Source of the DNA: Chitinophagales bacterium
GTDB taxonomy: Bacteria > Bacteroidota > Bacteroidia > Chitinophagales > Chitinophagaceae
Length of the DNA: 48,481 nt
Assembly: GCA_031376295.1 (NCBI GenBank)
Contig: JANMDL010000216.1
Span: forward strand, 1-48,481
Reading direction: 5' to 3'
Under the pieces are notes generated by a model that searched no databases, was not told the DNA's origin, and saw nothing but the letters and a program-made list of their open reading frames with translations. Of this stretch, positions 1 through 9,489 are shown in pieces (the first letter of the stretch is position 1; every line of letters starts with the position of its first letter). A program made the position numbers and the translations under genes.

Positions 1-554
1 TTTGCCCAGCGTCCGGACCTTGTCCAGTAATCATTTACCGATTCATCAATGCGTGGGGTTTTATAACTCACAAAGCGGAAATTTTTATACCCGCTGGCCG
101 ATTGCATACTCCTGCCGGGCTCTGTATCCTGCCCGCCTGCACCCGCAGCATCCGAGTTGTGGTTAATTACCATGTCCTCAATCACTTCTATTCCATTCGC
201 ATGCATTACCGCAATCATGCGCAGCAGTTCATCCTTTGTACCCAGCCTGGTGGTATCGCCCTGTTGCTTTTGGTATTTATCGCCAAGGTCGTACATATCA
301 AATGGGGCATAGCCCACCGAACCTGCTGAATTGTTTTTTGCCGCAGGCGGTATCCAGATGGCATCTATACCCATCGCTTTGAGGCGGGGCGCCAGTTCGG
401 TAAGGTAATTGGCCCAGCCAAAACGGAAATTATTGTTCCAGTAATCCCACCAAAAGCCCTGCAGCAGTACTTTTGATACTTTTTGCTGTGCCAATACAGG
501 CGACCCGGCGAGTAAAAAGGCCGAAATAAAAAGTGCAATAATCTTTGTGTACAT
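1..554 (-). CDS. Secreted alpha-amylase (GH13), N-terminal part, runs off window edge; not in ORF track
   Basis: Manual translation from ATG 554: MYTKIIALFISAFLLAGSPVLAQQKVSKVLLQGFWWD...GIDAIWIPP...SVGYAPFDMYDLG...RLGTKDELLRMIAVMHANGIEVIEDMVINH; signal peptide plus GH13 motifs, open to base 1. Confidence 0.85.
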   Translation of the reverse strand, partial: MYTKIIALFISAFLLAGSPVLAQQKVSKVLLQGFWWDYWNNNFRFGWANYLTELAPRLKAMGIDAIWIPPAAKNNSAGSVGYAPFDMYDLGDKYQKQQGDTTRLGTKDELLRMIAVMHANGIEVIEDMVINHNSDAAGAGGQDTEPGRSMQSASGYKNFRFVSYKTPRIDESVNDYWTRSGRWA

Positions 555-728
555 TTTTCTCTGCATAACCGGTAAAAATTGTTTTAAAAAGAGTTAACAA
601 ATTTAACCATAACCGGCCATGGGAGTGTATTTTTTTAAGTATTTCTGAAAAATAAAAGGGATGTATTAAACAAATAGTTGATACCATTTCAGGTACAGGG
701 CAGCCTTCCGGTGGTTTTTATGCTGAAT

Positions 729-775
729 AAAAAAATCAGCCTCAAAACTGACTTTTACAACAGTATTGAGGCTGA
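729..775 (-). terminator. Intrinsic terminator of the beta-barrel gene
   Basis: Stem TCAGCCTCAA(736-745)/TTGAGGCTGA(766-775) followed by a T-run on the minus strand, just past the stop at 790. Confidence 0.75.
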
Positions 776-789
776 CTGTAATACTTTTT

Positions 790-1509
790 TTAAGTAGCCG
801 ATTTTTTATCGCTCTTTTTATGGTGAAACAGCACCCTGAAGCCAACTGAAATATTGCCGAGGCTGCTGAGGCTGAGGTTACTGTTGAGGTAAAAAGTATT
901 AGTGCTGGGTGTAGCCGGCCGGCTGTTTACACGTCTTGTGTTGTGTGCGTAGCCGATATTTACCAGCGAGCCAAGTGTAAGGTCAAGCATAAAACGGTTA
1001 TTCAGCTGGTAAGAAAATCCCGGGTACAAGGAGGCATTGACCACGTAACTTTTATTCACCACCTTTTCAGAAATAACGCCGGAATTAAACTGAGTATACT
1101 CATTTTGTGTGTATGCAAAGTCGGTACCAAGCTGCCCGAATGCATAAAAGTTTTTGCCCAGCGGAATGTACCGGCGCCTGAATACACCCACAGTAACCGA
1201 GCGGATTTTGTTGTTGTATATATTTGCACCGGTAGCCGGGTCAAATGTACTTACAGGATTGTTGATAAAAGTAAACCCTGCATTAAAGCCGTTGACGGTA
1301 TTGTTTTTTACCGCCTTGCCATACGACAGGCCGAGGTTAATGGCTGTAAGCGTATTATCGGCAGATACGGCACCATTAAAATTGTTACTGCTGCCACGGA
1401 CAAACCCAATACTGCCCCCAAGCAGCTTATCGCCTTTTACGATTTGTGCGCTGCAAGCAATGCTCAATAATAAGGAAAAAGTAATGATGTAAAAATGTTT
1501 TGCATTCAT
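790..1509 (-). CDS. Outer-membrane beta-barrel protein
   Basis: Signal peptide, amphipathic beta strands, Bacteroidota 'KGDKLLGGSIGF' start, 'VGFRVLF' C-terminal strand. Confidence 0.7.
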   Translation of the reverse strand: MNAKHFYIITFSLLLSIACSAQIVKGDKLLGGSIGFVRGSSNNFNGAVSADNTLTAINLGLSYGKAVKNNTVNGFNAGFTFINNPVSTFDPATGANIYNNKIRSVTVGVFRRRYIPLGKNFYAFGQLGTDFAYTQNEYTQFNSGVISEKVVNKSYVVNASLYPGFSYQLNNRFMLDLTLGSLVNIGYAHNTRRVNSRPATPSTNTFYLNSNLSLSSLGNISVGFRVLFHHKKSDKKSAT

Positions 1510-1672
1510 AAAATTTGTTTTGGTTAAAAAAATATTTATCCAAAGTTGCGGGCAAAAATGAACCCCGCAATAACTGCGGGACTTATTTAACGAAAGATTA
1601 TAGCTGCCTTAAAGTTTTGTGAAATCAGTTTATTGATGCAGCGGTTGTATGTTAACATTGTTACGGGTACAG

Positions 1673-3400
1673 TTATAATATCAATGCTGCATCAACGGCC
1701 GCAAGCTGCTGCTGCATTTTAGCAGGGCTGGTTGGTTCAAAAATTAACTGCCCGGCTGCTTCATTACTCACACGAAAAGCCTTAATGCAACCCATCACTT
1801 TGCCCTGCTGCTCAGCAATGCAGATTAACTGCACCGGTTCACCAACCGGCAGCCGGCCAAAATGAATATTTCCATTAATGTACTGTCCCCTGATAATCGA
1901 TTTTATATTGGTAAATACCAGGTTGTACAATCCGTTTGATGGTGCTTCTCCCGGTGCATACCGTATAACAAAATCTACCTGCGGAACCCCCGGTTTCATC
2001 AGCTTATCACAGTTAATCCAGCCCAGCCCGTTTACATTAAAGCGGTACGCTTTTTCAAAAGCCATTTTCTGTAAAAAAGCAATACTGTCCCGCTGCACGG
2101 TTTGCCGGTAAAGCAGGCTGTCCTGCCGCAGTAAAACCGCAAAGCGGAGGCTGTCCCGCTGAGAAATTAATTTTTCTGTCAGCGCTTCGGTAAATGGGAG
2201 GAAGATAGAATCTGCCATTACAAAACCTTTGCCCGTAGCCATGGCCCGGGTATTTTTCAAAACTGTTTTTTCATTTGCCACCATCGTTTTTTCAATTACA
2301 ATTCTGCCTGTTATGCCGGAGTACCTGTTTTGTACCAGGGCTTTTATTTTATCATCAGTAATATCCACCACAGGCTGTACCTGGAAATTAGCAGTTTCAT
2401 TTTTTTCATCCTTATTTACCCGCTGCTGCACATCCATAATTTTAATATGGGTTCTGCCGCGGAAAATGATATTGTTTTTATAGGCCTGTAACTGTGCTGC
2501 TGCAACCCAATTCTCCGGTTGCCTTGTATTGCTGCTGTCTGTAGCAGCCGCAGGCAGGTAAAGCTGCATAGAGGGGTCGTAACTGGTCATGGGCATTTGC
2601 ACATTAATGGGGCGTACAATACGTGGTTGTTCGCTGGTGTTGCTGATAGTGGCAGCCAGGTATATCATACCGCCTGTAACGAGCGGCCCGGCTTCAGAAA
2701 GCGTACTCAACTGATTGGCAAACATACTGGTGTAATCGTAACATTCTCTTACCACCAATACCAGGCTGTCTTTTATATATTTATTGGTAAGGGGGTGCAT
2801 AAAAGTGTATGCCCTGATACGCAATACAGTACCTTCAGCGCAAAGCAAAAGAGTATCCCGTGTTGGGTTGATGTTGAACTGTTGTACTGGTTGCGCCAGT
2901 TGCGCAAAAAAATTATTTAACGGCTGTGCACTGTTATCTGCATTGGTCATTTGCCGGGGTAGCAATACAGTATCTGAATGTTGGGACAATACAACTTGCC
3001 CCTTGTTGGGATGGTTGCTGCGCCTTTGTGACTGCAACAGCGGAACATGCTTAACAGTGGTATTTTTTTGAGCAACTGCCTGAATTATTTTTGCAGCATA
3101 GGGTACTGTTTCAGGTGTTTTTTTCTGAGAATGATTGCCGTAAAACTTATGCTGCTGCTGTTGATAGCGGGCTCCCCGCTGGCGGTTAATGGTGTAATAG
3201 GTAACGGTGGTAATCAATGCCAGCCCGCCCATATACCGGATGATGCGGCGGGTAATCTTTTTCCTGCGCCTGGGCCTGGGAGTGCTGTTCAGCAACTGGT
3301 TCATTTGCTGCCAATCTGCATCCTGCTCCAGCCTGCCTGGTTCAAACTGCTGGTACTGCTGTTGAAAAAAATCATCTGTATTATTATTGTCAGCCGGCAT
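1673..3400 (-). CDS. Putative anti-sigma-like single-TM protein with large extracytoplasmic domain
   Basis: Overlaps ECF sigma stop; short cytoplasmic N-terminus (DDFFQQ...DWQQMNQLL), basic patch, one TM helix. Confidence 0.55.
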   Translation of the reverse strand: MPADNNNTDDFFQQQYQQFEPGRLEQDADWQQMNQLLNSTPRPRRRKKITRRIIRYMGGLALITTVTYYTINRQRGARYQQQQHKFYGNHSQKKTPETVPYAAKIIQAVAQKNTTVKHVPLLQSQRRSNHPNKGQVVLSQHSDTVLLPRQMTNADNSAQPLNNFFAQLAQPVQQFNINPTRDTLLLCAEGTVLRIRAYTFMHPLTNKYIKDSLVLVVRECYDYTSMFANQLSTLSEAGPLVTGGMIYLAATISNTSEQPRIVRPINVQMPMTSYDPSMQLYLPAAATDSSNTRQPENWVAAAQLQAYKNNIIFRGRTHIKIMDVQQRVNKDEKNETANFQVQPVVDITDDKIKALVQNRYSGITGRIVIEKTMVANEKTVLKNTRAMATGKGFVMADSIFLPFTEALTEKLISQRDSLRFAVLLRQDSLLYRQTVQRDSIAFLQKMAFEKAYRFNVNGLGWINCDKLMKPGVPQVDFVIRYAPGEAPSNGLYNLVFTNIKSIIRGQYINGNIHFGRLPVGEPVQLICIAEQQGKVMGCIKAFRVSNEAAGQLIFEPTSPAKMQQQLAAVDAALIL

Positions 3401-3998
3401 GATAATAGATTTTGTTGTTTAAAATGTGGTGATCTATTTTTTGTTTCAGCAGGCGGCGGGCTTCATTTAAATGCCATTTGGAAGTACCGGTTGAAATACC
3501 CAGCAGTGCTGCAATCTCTGCATGTTTGCAGCCCTCTATCACATACAGTGTAAATACCATTGCCGAAGCCGGAGGCAGCTCATGTACCAACTGTATTGTA
3601 TCTGCTGCCGATAGCTTGTCATACACTGCCGGGTCTACCTGGTAGTTTTCTTCCGCCACTGCATCAATGGATTGCACCATAAATTTTGCTTGCCGCCTGC
3701 AATGGTCAATACAGGTATTTACCACAATACGGCGTACCCATGCCATAAAAGCACCTGCTGCACGGTATTGGGCGATACCGGCAAATACTTTCACCATGGC
3801 CTGGTTATACAAAGCTGCGGCATCCTGTGCATTGGCCACATACAGGCAGCATACCTTCAGCATGGCCTTATGACACAGCCGGTACAGCTTTTCCTGGCTC
3901 TTCCTGTGTTGCTGCACACAACCTTCTATGATATCACTGGTTATCAGTTCCAAATTATTTATACTGTCAGGCAGCTGGATCTTTTTTTTATTGTTCAA
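3390..3998 (-). CDS. ECF (sigma-70 group 4) sigma factor
   Basis: Region 2 'F.AWVRRIVVNTCIDH.R' and region 4 'VF.LYVIEG..HAEIAALLGISTGTSKWHL..AR'. Confidence 0.9.
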   Translation of the reverse strand: MNNKKKIQLPDSINNLELITSDIIEGCVQQHRKSQEKLYRLCHKAMLKVCCLYVANAQDAAALYNQAMVKVFAGIAQYRAAGAFMAWVRRIVVNTCIDHCRRQAKFMVQSIDAVAEENYQVDPAVYDKLSAADTIQLVHELPPASAMVFTLYVIEGCKHAEIAALLGISTGTSKWHLNEARRLLKQKIDHHILNNKIYYHAG

Positions 3999-4608
3999 AA
4001 TTCAGGTTTACCGGCTCACCCGCCATCTGGTATGGTTGAGCAGTAACCGGGGCTGTTACGGGTACGGTTGTACTAACTGCTTCAAGGCGCAGGTTATTAA
4101 ACCATATCCGGCCATTGCCAGATAGCAATGCGCCAAATGCAATTACTGAAGCTGAAGAAGGTACATCCAGTACAATCTCATATTCGGTCCACCCGGTATT
4201 ACCTGTAACAGGGCGTTGCTGCATATTGTCGAAACACAGCGGGGTACTTGTACCTGGCTGGTCAACCCGCATCCAAAAGCCAGCCCTGCCCGTTACATTT
4301 TCCGACTTTATATTGCCACTCAGCCGCAGCCGCTTACCCAGGTAGTTGCCTGCCTGTATCTGCTGCATCAATGTACCAAAACCTTTTACATCATCTTGCA
4401 GCGACTGTATGCATACCGTTTTATGACCGTCACTGGCGGCAGTACTGTCTATCCCGATAAAATACTTGTCAGCCATACTGCCACCTTTTACCCAGCCCCT
4501 CGGTATATCAAAAGAAAAAAGAAGCACCAGCCCTGTAATAACTATTGCTGTTTTTGCAAAAAGATTTACCATTACCATCGTTTTTAAAGTTAATAAAATT
4601 GACAGCAT
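3988..4608 (-). CDS. Exported protein with CBM-like jelly-roll domain (type seen fused to AraC regulators, erythromycin esterases and S41 peptidases)
   Basis: 'FGTLMQ..A.NYLGKR.RLSG.IKSENV.G.AGFWMRVD...FDNMQ.RP..G.T.W..YEIVLDVP' motif; N-terminal hydrophobic segment; start may be a later Met. Confidence 0.6.
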   Translation of the reverse strand: MLSILLTLKTMVMVNLFAKTAIVITGLVLLFSFDIPRGWVKGGSMADKYFIGIDSTAASDGHKTVCIQSLQDDVKGFGTLMQQIQAGNYLGKRLRLSGNIKSENVTGRAGFWMRVDQPGTSTPLCFDNMQQRPVTGNTGWTEYEIVLDVPSSASVIAFGALLSGNGRIWFNNLRLEAVSTTVPVTAPVTAQPYQMAGEPVNLNFEQ

Positions 4609-4626
4609 ATAACGCCATCAATAATA

Positions 4627-4654
4627 TTGACGAAGGTGTATGATGAAAGGTTGG
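4627..4654 (-). promoter_or_regulatory. Putative ECF-type promoter
   Basis: Minus strand CCAACC-N16-CGTCAA, matching ECF -35 AAC / -10 CGT consensus, directly upstream of the ECF operon. Confidence 0.5.
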
Positions 4655-4735
4655 GGTAAAAAAGAAAAAGGAAAGAAATTTATAATAGCCGTATTGTAAA
4701 CCATCCAAAATATATCCCAAATGCTATAGCACCGG

Positions 4736-6007
4736 TTATGCTATCACCCCGCTGCCAAAATACGAATGCAGTACGCCCGGTAGTTTTATGCCATCGGCAG
4801 ATTGGTTATTTTCCAGCAGGCAGGCCACAATGCGTGGCAGCGCCAGTGCAGAGCCGTTTAGTGAGTGCAGCAACTGTGTTTTACCGCTGCCGTCTTTGTA
4901 TCGTATCTTCATCCTGTTGGTCTGAAAGGTTTCAAAATTGCTCACAGAGCTGCATTCCAGCCACTTTTCCTGTGCTGCGCTGTACACTTCAAAATCGTAG
5001 GTAAGTGCGCTGGTAAAGGTCATATCGCCACCGCACAAACGTAATATGCGGTAAGGCAGTTCTAATTGCTGCAATAGTTTTTCAACGTGCAGCAGCATTT
5101 CCTCCAGTGCGGCATAACTTTTCGCCGGGTCGGTCAATTGTACAATTTCTACTTTCTCAAACTGGTGTACCCTGTTCAGCCCCCGCACATCTTTGCCAAA
5201 ACTGCCCGCCTCCCTTCTAAAGCAGGGAGAATAAGCCGTCATCTTTACCGGCAGGTCGGTTTCCTTTACAATTTCATCCCGGTAAATATTGGTTACCGGT
5301 ACTTCGGCAGTGGGTATCAGGTAAAAGCCATCTTCGGTAACATGGTACATCTGCCCCTCTTTATCCGGCAGCGAACCTGTACCATAAGCAGAGGCTTCGT
5401 TTACCATATAGGGCGGCAGGTATTCGGTATAACCCGCAGCAATATTATAATCTAAAAAATACTGTACCAATGCCCTTTGCAGTTTGGCACCCCTGCCTTT
5501 GTACAATGGAAAACCGCTGCCGGTAATTTTGGCGCCGGTTTCAAAATCAACCAGGTCGTATTGTTTTATCAGGTCCCAATGCGGTACAGATCCTTCGGGC
5601 AGCACCGGCTTAATGCCTCCTTCTCTCACCACCACATTGTCCTCCGGCTTATTACCGGGCGGCACACTGCTATGCGGCAGGTTGGGCAATTTTACCAATA
5701 CATCATGCAGTTCTTTTTCAGCATCAGTAAGTTGCTGGTTCAGTTGCTGAATGGTTGCTTTGTGGCTGCTAACCTCTACTTTTTTCTGTTCAGCCAGGTC
5801 TTTTTCGCCTTTAGCCATCAAGTGCCCAATTTCTTTGGAGGCATTGTTCATGGCCGATTGCAGTGTTTCTGTCTCTGTTTTCAGTTTCCGCAACTGTTCG
5901 TCCATCGCTATCACAGTATCCACCACAGATAAGTCGGCAACGTTTTTCAGTTTTAATCTTTCTTTAACAAAATCTGCATGCTGGCGTATAAACCCTATTT
6001 GTAACAT
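4736..6007 (-). CDS. serS: Seryl-tRNA synthetase
   Basis: 'YLIPTAEVP', 'CFRREAGS.GKDVRGLNRVHQFEKVE', 'HSLNGSALALPR'; start reassigned to ATG 6007 (MLQIGFIR) below a TACCTTTG box. Confidence 0.97.
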   Translation of the reverse strand: MLQIGFIRQHADFVKERLKLKNVADLSVVDTVIAMDEQLRKLKTETETLQSAMNNASKEIGHLMAKGEKDLAEQKKVEVSSHKATIQQLNQQLTDAEKELHDVLVKLPNLPHSSVPPGNKPEDNVVVREGGIKPVLPEGSVPHWDLIKQYDLVDFETGAKITGSGFPLYKGRGAKLQRALVQYFLDYNIAAGYTEYLPPYMVNEASAYGTGSLPDKEGQMYHVTEDGFYLIPTAEVPVTNIYRDEIVKETDLPVKMTAYSPCFRREAGSFGKDVRGLNRVHQFEKVEIVQLTDPAKSYAALEEMLLHVEKLLQQLELPYRILRLCGGDMTFTSALTYDFEVYSAAQEKWLECSSVSNFETFQTNRMKIRYKDGSGKTQLLHSLNGSALALPRIVACLLENNQSADGIKLPGVLHSYFGSGVIA

Positions 6008-6169
6008 CCCGGTTAAAATTTGCTGCAAAGGTAATTGTTCAGCAGCACAACAGCAATCAGGAGCATATTTTGGCAGTACCCCGGTTTGAGCAACAGAACA
6101 AGCGCTGCTGCACAGCTTTTTTATGCCACCGAAGACGCTGAAACACAGAAAAACACCAACGGAAAAGTC

Positions 6170-6210
6170 CAACGCCCAAGGATCAACGCCCAACGATCAA
6201 CGCCCAACGA
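6170..6210 (+). repeat. Tandem 14-bp repeat (CAACGCCCAA.GAT x3)
   Basis: caacgcccaaggat caacgcccaacgat caacgcccaacga in the intergenic gap. Confidence 0.8.
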
Positions 6211-6246
6211 AATTCGACTGACCCCGATAAAAAACAAATAAACCCT

Positions 6247-6254
6247 TAAATTTG
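6247..6254 (+). promoter_or_regulatory. Bacteroidota sigma-A -7 box
   Basis: TAAATTTG (TAnnTTTG) 4 nt before ATG 6259. Confidence 0.6.
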
Positions 6255-6258
6255 CGCC

Positions 6259-6612
6259 ATGCAGCACATAAAGGACGATTTGCAGCAGCGATGGTGGAAG
6301 CTGGAGGAGAAACTAATGGAGCGTTTTGGAAAAAAACCAGACCTTAATGCCATACTGATGCTGGTGGGCGTGCAGGAAACAGGATTTGTTACAGAAAAGA
6401 TAACCAAAGAACAAAAGCAGGACCTGATGCATGTGGCAATATGCGTATTACTGGGCATCAGCGGCTATTATGCGCTGGAAGGCAACGATGAAGAGGGTTG
6501 GCCGCATTACAAACAGTTGAAAGCATTGCCGGCATTTGATTTGATGGAGCAGGAGAATTTTTTAAAAGATCATGTATTACTTTATTTTCAAAACAACGGA
6601 TTTATTGACTAA
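6259..6612 (+). CDS. Conserved Bacteroidota hypothetical protein
   Basis: 'FGKKPDLNAILMLVGVQE.G...KEQKQDLMHVAIC..L...GYY.LEG.DEEGWPHY' family signature. Confidence 0.8.
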   Translation: MQHIKDDLQQRWWKLEEKLMERFGKKPDLNAILMLVGVQETGFVTEKITKEQKQDLMHVAICVLLGISGYYALEGNDEEGWPHYKQLKALPAFDLMEQENFLKDHVLLYFQNNGFID

Positions 6613-6627
6613 ACAGGCGGTATAAAA

Positions 6628-7377
6628 ATGAAACAAATTACATTTCTTCTTTCTTTATTGATGATGGCAACTGTGGCAATTGCCCAGGTTAAAAAAACAA
6701 CAGTTAAAAAAAAGACGGCTGTTAAAAAAAGCAATACTGTAAAAATTACGCCGCAAAAGCCTGCGGTACCCGTCAAAATGCGTGTTCCCGGTGTGCGGAT
6801 ACAAATTACTACCGATTCGGGTGTGATTATGGTGCGGCTCTCTGACCTAACGCCCCAGCACAGGGATAATTTTGTAAGTTTAGTAAAGAAGGGCTTTTAC
6901 GACAGCCTGCTGTTTCACCGCGTAATGAGGGAGTTTATGATACAGGGCGGCGACCCGGAAAGCAAAATGGCAACTGCCGGTGCCATACTTGGCAATGGTG
7001 GCAGCGATATGGCCCGGATACCCGCTGAGATAATCCCCAGCCTTTACCATAAAAGAGGTGTGCTGGCAGCAGCAAGTGACGGGAACCCTGAAAAAGCAAG
7101 CAACGGCTGCCAGTTTTATATTGTGCAGGGTAAAAAATTTACCGACCAGGAGCTTGATATGTCTGAAACAAGAATTGGCCGCAAATATTCCATTACCGAG
7201 CGGATGGTGTACAAAAATATTGGGGGTGCGCCCTGGTTAGATGGCAATTATACCGTTTTTGGAGAAGTGGAATCAGGAATGGAAGTGGTAGATAAGATAG
7301 CAGGCGTACCAGGGGATCGCTATAACCGCCCGCTCGGGGATGTACGGATGAAGATGGAAATTCTCAGCATGAAATAG
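6628..7377 (+). CDS. Cyclophilin-type peptidyl-prolyl isomerase, exported
   Basis: 'FHRVMREFMIQGGDP', 'QFYIVQG', 'LDGNYTVFGEVESG'; signal peptide. Confidence 0.92.
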   Translation: MKQITFLLSLLMMATVAIAQVKKTTVKKKTAVKKSNTVKITPQKPAVPVKMRVPGVRIQITTDSGVIMVRLSDLTPQHRDNFVSLVKKGFYDSLLFHRVMREFMIQGGDPESKMATAGAILGNGGSDMARIPAEIIPSLYHKRGVLAAASDGNPEKASNGCQFYIVQGKKFTDQELDMSETRIGRKYSITERMVYKNIGGAPWLDGNYTVFGEVESGMEVVDKIAGVPGDRYNRPLGDVRMKMEILSMK

Positions 7378-7512
7378 CCGTCTGCCATAGCAGTACCTTT
7401 TATCAGCAAATATGCCTTTCAAATAAAAAAAGTACTGAGACAGCAGCGAAATAAAAAAAACAACTACTTTGCACACGCAAATGATAAGCAGTAAACTTTA
7501 AAAAATATACAG

Positions 7513-7890
7513 ATGGATTTTCCTTCCAACCTGCGTTATACTAAAGAACACGAATGGGTTTTATTAGAGGGTAATACCGCCACAATAGGTATTACAAACT
7601 TTGCCCAGGGCGAATTGGGTGATATTGTATATGTGGAAATTGAAACAGTGGGTAAGCCGTTGGGTGCTGATGCTGTTTTTGGTACTGTAGAAGCAGTAAA
7701 AACGGTGAGCGACCTGTTTTTGCCTGTTGCAGGCACCATTACAGAAGTAAACCCAGCATTAAACAATGAACCGGAGCTGGTAAACAGCGATCCGTATGGA
7801 GAAGGTTGGATGGTGAAGATGACTGTTGATAATCCTGCAGATGTGGAAGCACTGATGGACGCAGCAGCTTACGGAGCATTGGTAGGATAA
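7513..7890 (+). CDS. gcvH: Glycine cleavage system H protein
   Basis: 'YTKEHEW', lipoyl-Lys 'VEAVKTVSD', '[10 protein letters not shown]'. Confidence 0.97.
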   Translation: MDFPSNLRYTKEHEWVLLEGNTATIGITNFAQGELGDIVYVEIETVGKPLGADAVFGTVEAVKTVSDLFLPVAGTITEVNPALNNEPELVNSDPYGEGWMVKMTVDNPADVEALMDAAAYGALVG

Positions 7891-7894
7891 AAAA

Positions 7895-8290
7895 ATGAGC
7901 AGGAATGACACAATCCGGTGGCAGCGGTTTATACCCGCAGTAATATGGTTTTTGGTGGTGCTGGTGCTGATGTGTACACCACGGAATGATTTGCCGGACA
8001 CAAAGCTTTTAAAGATAATTTTCCTCGATAAAGCAGTACATGTTGCCTGCTTTTTCCTGCTGGTAATCCTTTTTTACTATCCAATAGGTAAAACGGATGC
8101 CGCCCAAGCCAGTAAGCTGAACTACCTCACCCGCTTAACAATTGCCGGTATTCTGTGGGGCATTACCACAGAGCTGATACAACGGTTTTTTATCCCAGGC
8201 AGAAGTTTTGACTGGTTTGACTGGCTTGCCGACAGCCTGGGTGCCATTGGTGCTTTTTTTGTACTTAGGTGGCGAATCAGAAAATTGTAA
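7895..8290 (+). CDS. VanZ-family membrane protein
   Basis: 'DKAVH', 'TELIQ.FFIPGRSFDWFDWLADSLG'. Confidence 0.85.
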   Translation: MSRNDTIRWQRFIPAVIWFLVVLVLMCTPRNDLPDTKLLKIIFLDKAVHVACFFLLVILFYYPIGKTDAAQASKLNYLTRLTIAGILWGITTELIQRFFIPGRSFDWFDWLADSLGAIGAFFVLRWRIRKL

Positions 8291-8559
8291 AAGCTTTGGC
8301 TGGCTGCTTTGCGCCCCTTGTGTTTCTCTGCGTTATTTGCGATAGGCCTTTGTGCCTTCTGTGGCAAAAAAGCAGCTATTTTCAGTATTTGGGCTTTTTC
8401 CCCTAACTTTACGCTCATTACAACCCAGGCTGGTGTCTCCACCAATCGAAACCACAGTCACAATAAAAGGTGAAATTTTAAAAAAAGAGTCCCAAACACA
8501 GGCTGATGCTGCATTTGGTCTTTTTACCTTAACTTTACCAACTTTGAATAATTTTAAAC

Positions 8560-9378
8560 ATGGAATATAATACAACAAGAAACCACCTGATAATGAAGGA
8601 ATACGGGCGCCATATACAGCGCATGGTGGAGTACCTGCTTACAATAGAAGATAAAGAAATAAGGCAGCGGAATGCCTATACCACCATAGAACTGATGGGC
8701 TTTTTAAACCCGCATCTTAAAAATGTGGAAGACTTCCGCCACAAGCTGTGGGATCATCTTTTTTTGATAAGCGATTTTAAATTAGATGTTGAAAGTCCTT
8801 ATCCCATACCCACCAGGGAAACGCTGAAGGCAAAGCCCGACCCGCTTCCTTACCCCAAAAGGTATCCCAGGTACAATCACCTCGGTAAAAATATTGAGAT
8901 AATAATTGATAAGGCATTGAACGAAACCGATCAGGATAAGCGCCAGGGTTTTGCCAATTCCATTGCATACTACATGAAATTAGTGTACAGCAACTGGCAC
9001 AAGGAGCTGATGCATGACGATAATATCCAGAGCGAACTGAGTACCATTACAAAAGGGCAGCTTGAGTTTAACAACCGCCCTTATGTAAAGCACAAGGTGG
9101 AAATTGTGAATGATGATTATCCGCCGGCAAGGGGAAGGCGCACTTACATTCAGCGCAATACCACCAGCCGTAACGAAGGCAACAACCGTGGTGGTAACAG
9201 AGACGGTAACCGGGCTGATAGCCGAAATGACAACCGTGGTGGTAACCGCAACGACAACCGCAATGACAACCGTGGTAACAGGGATGGCAACCGCAACGAC
9301 AACCGCAATGACAACCGTGGTAACAGGGATGGCAATAGAGATGGCAACCGTGGCAGCTACGGCAAAAAAAGGTACTAA
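8560..9378 (+). CDS. DUF4290 family protein with low-complexity RND/RGN tail
   Basis: 'MEYNT.R..L...EYGRHIQ.MV', 'DF.HKLWDHL'; usual position upstream of murA. Confidence 0.88.
   Translation: MEYNTTRNHLIMKEYGRHIQRMVEYLLTIEDKEIRQRNAYTTIELMGFLNPHLKNVEDFRHKLWDHLFLISDFKLDVESPYPIPTRETLKAKPDPLPYPKRYPRYNHLGKNIEIIIDKALNETDQDKRQGFANSIAYYMKLVYSNWHKELMHDDNIQSELSTITKGQLEFNNRPYVKHKVEIVNDDYPPARGRRTYIQRNTTSRNEGNNRGGNRDGNRADSRNDNRGGNRNDNRNDNRGNRDGNRNDNRNDNRGNRDGNRDGNRGSYGKKRY
9244..9333 (+). repeat. Perfect in-frame 45-bp tandem duplication
   Basis: 9244-9288 is identical to 9289-9333 (NRNDNRNDNRGNRDG). Confidence 0.85.
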
Positions 9379-9489
9379 AATCACTGTTGCTCAAAGCAGG
9401 CAGACGGATAAAATAATACGAGTGCAGTCACAAAAAATGACGCACTCTTTTTTTTAAGCAAAAAATAACCGGCTAAGGCCAATAAGGAT

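Noticed and set aside
102-687. ORF-track calls 102-329 (+) and 430-687 (-)
   Set aside because: Overlap the real amylase frame (554 to edge)
6008-6193. 62-aa N-terminal extension of SerS
   Set aside because: Runs through the promoter box and tandem repeats; SerS homology begins at ATG 6007
8980-9457. Cys/His-, Val- or Thr-rich repeat ORFs (e.g. CHGCH.. on minus strand) resembling metallothionein or RiPP precursors
   Set aside because: Alternative-frame shadows of the DUF4290 repeat tail
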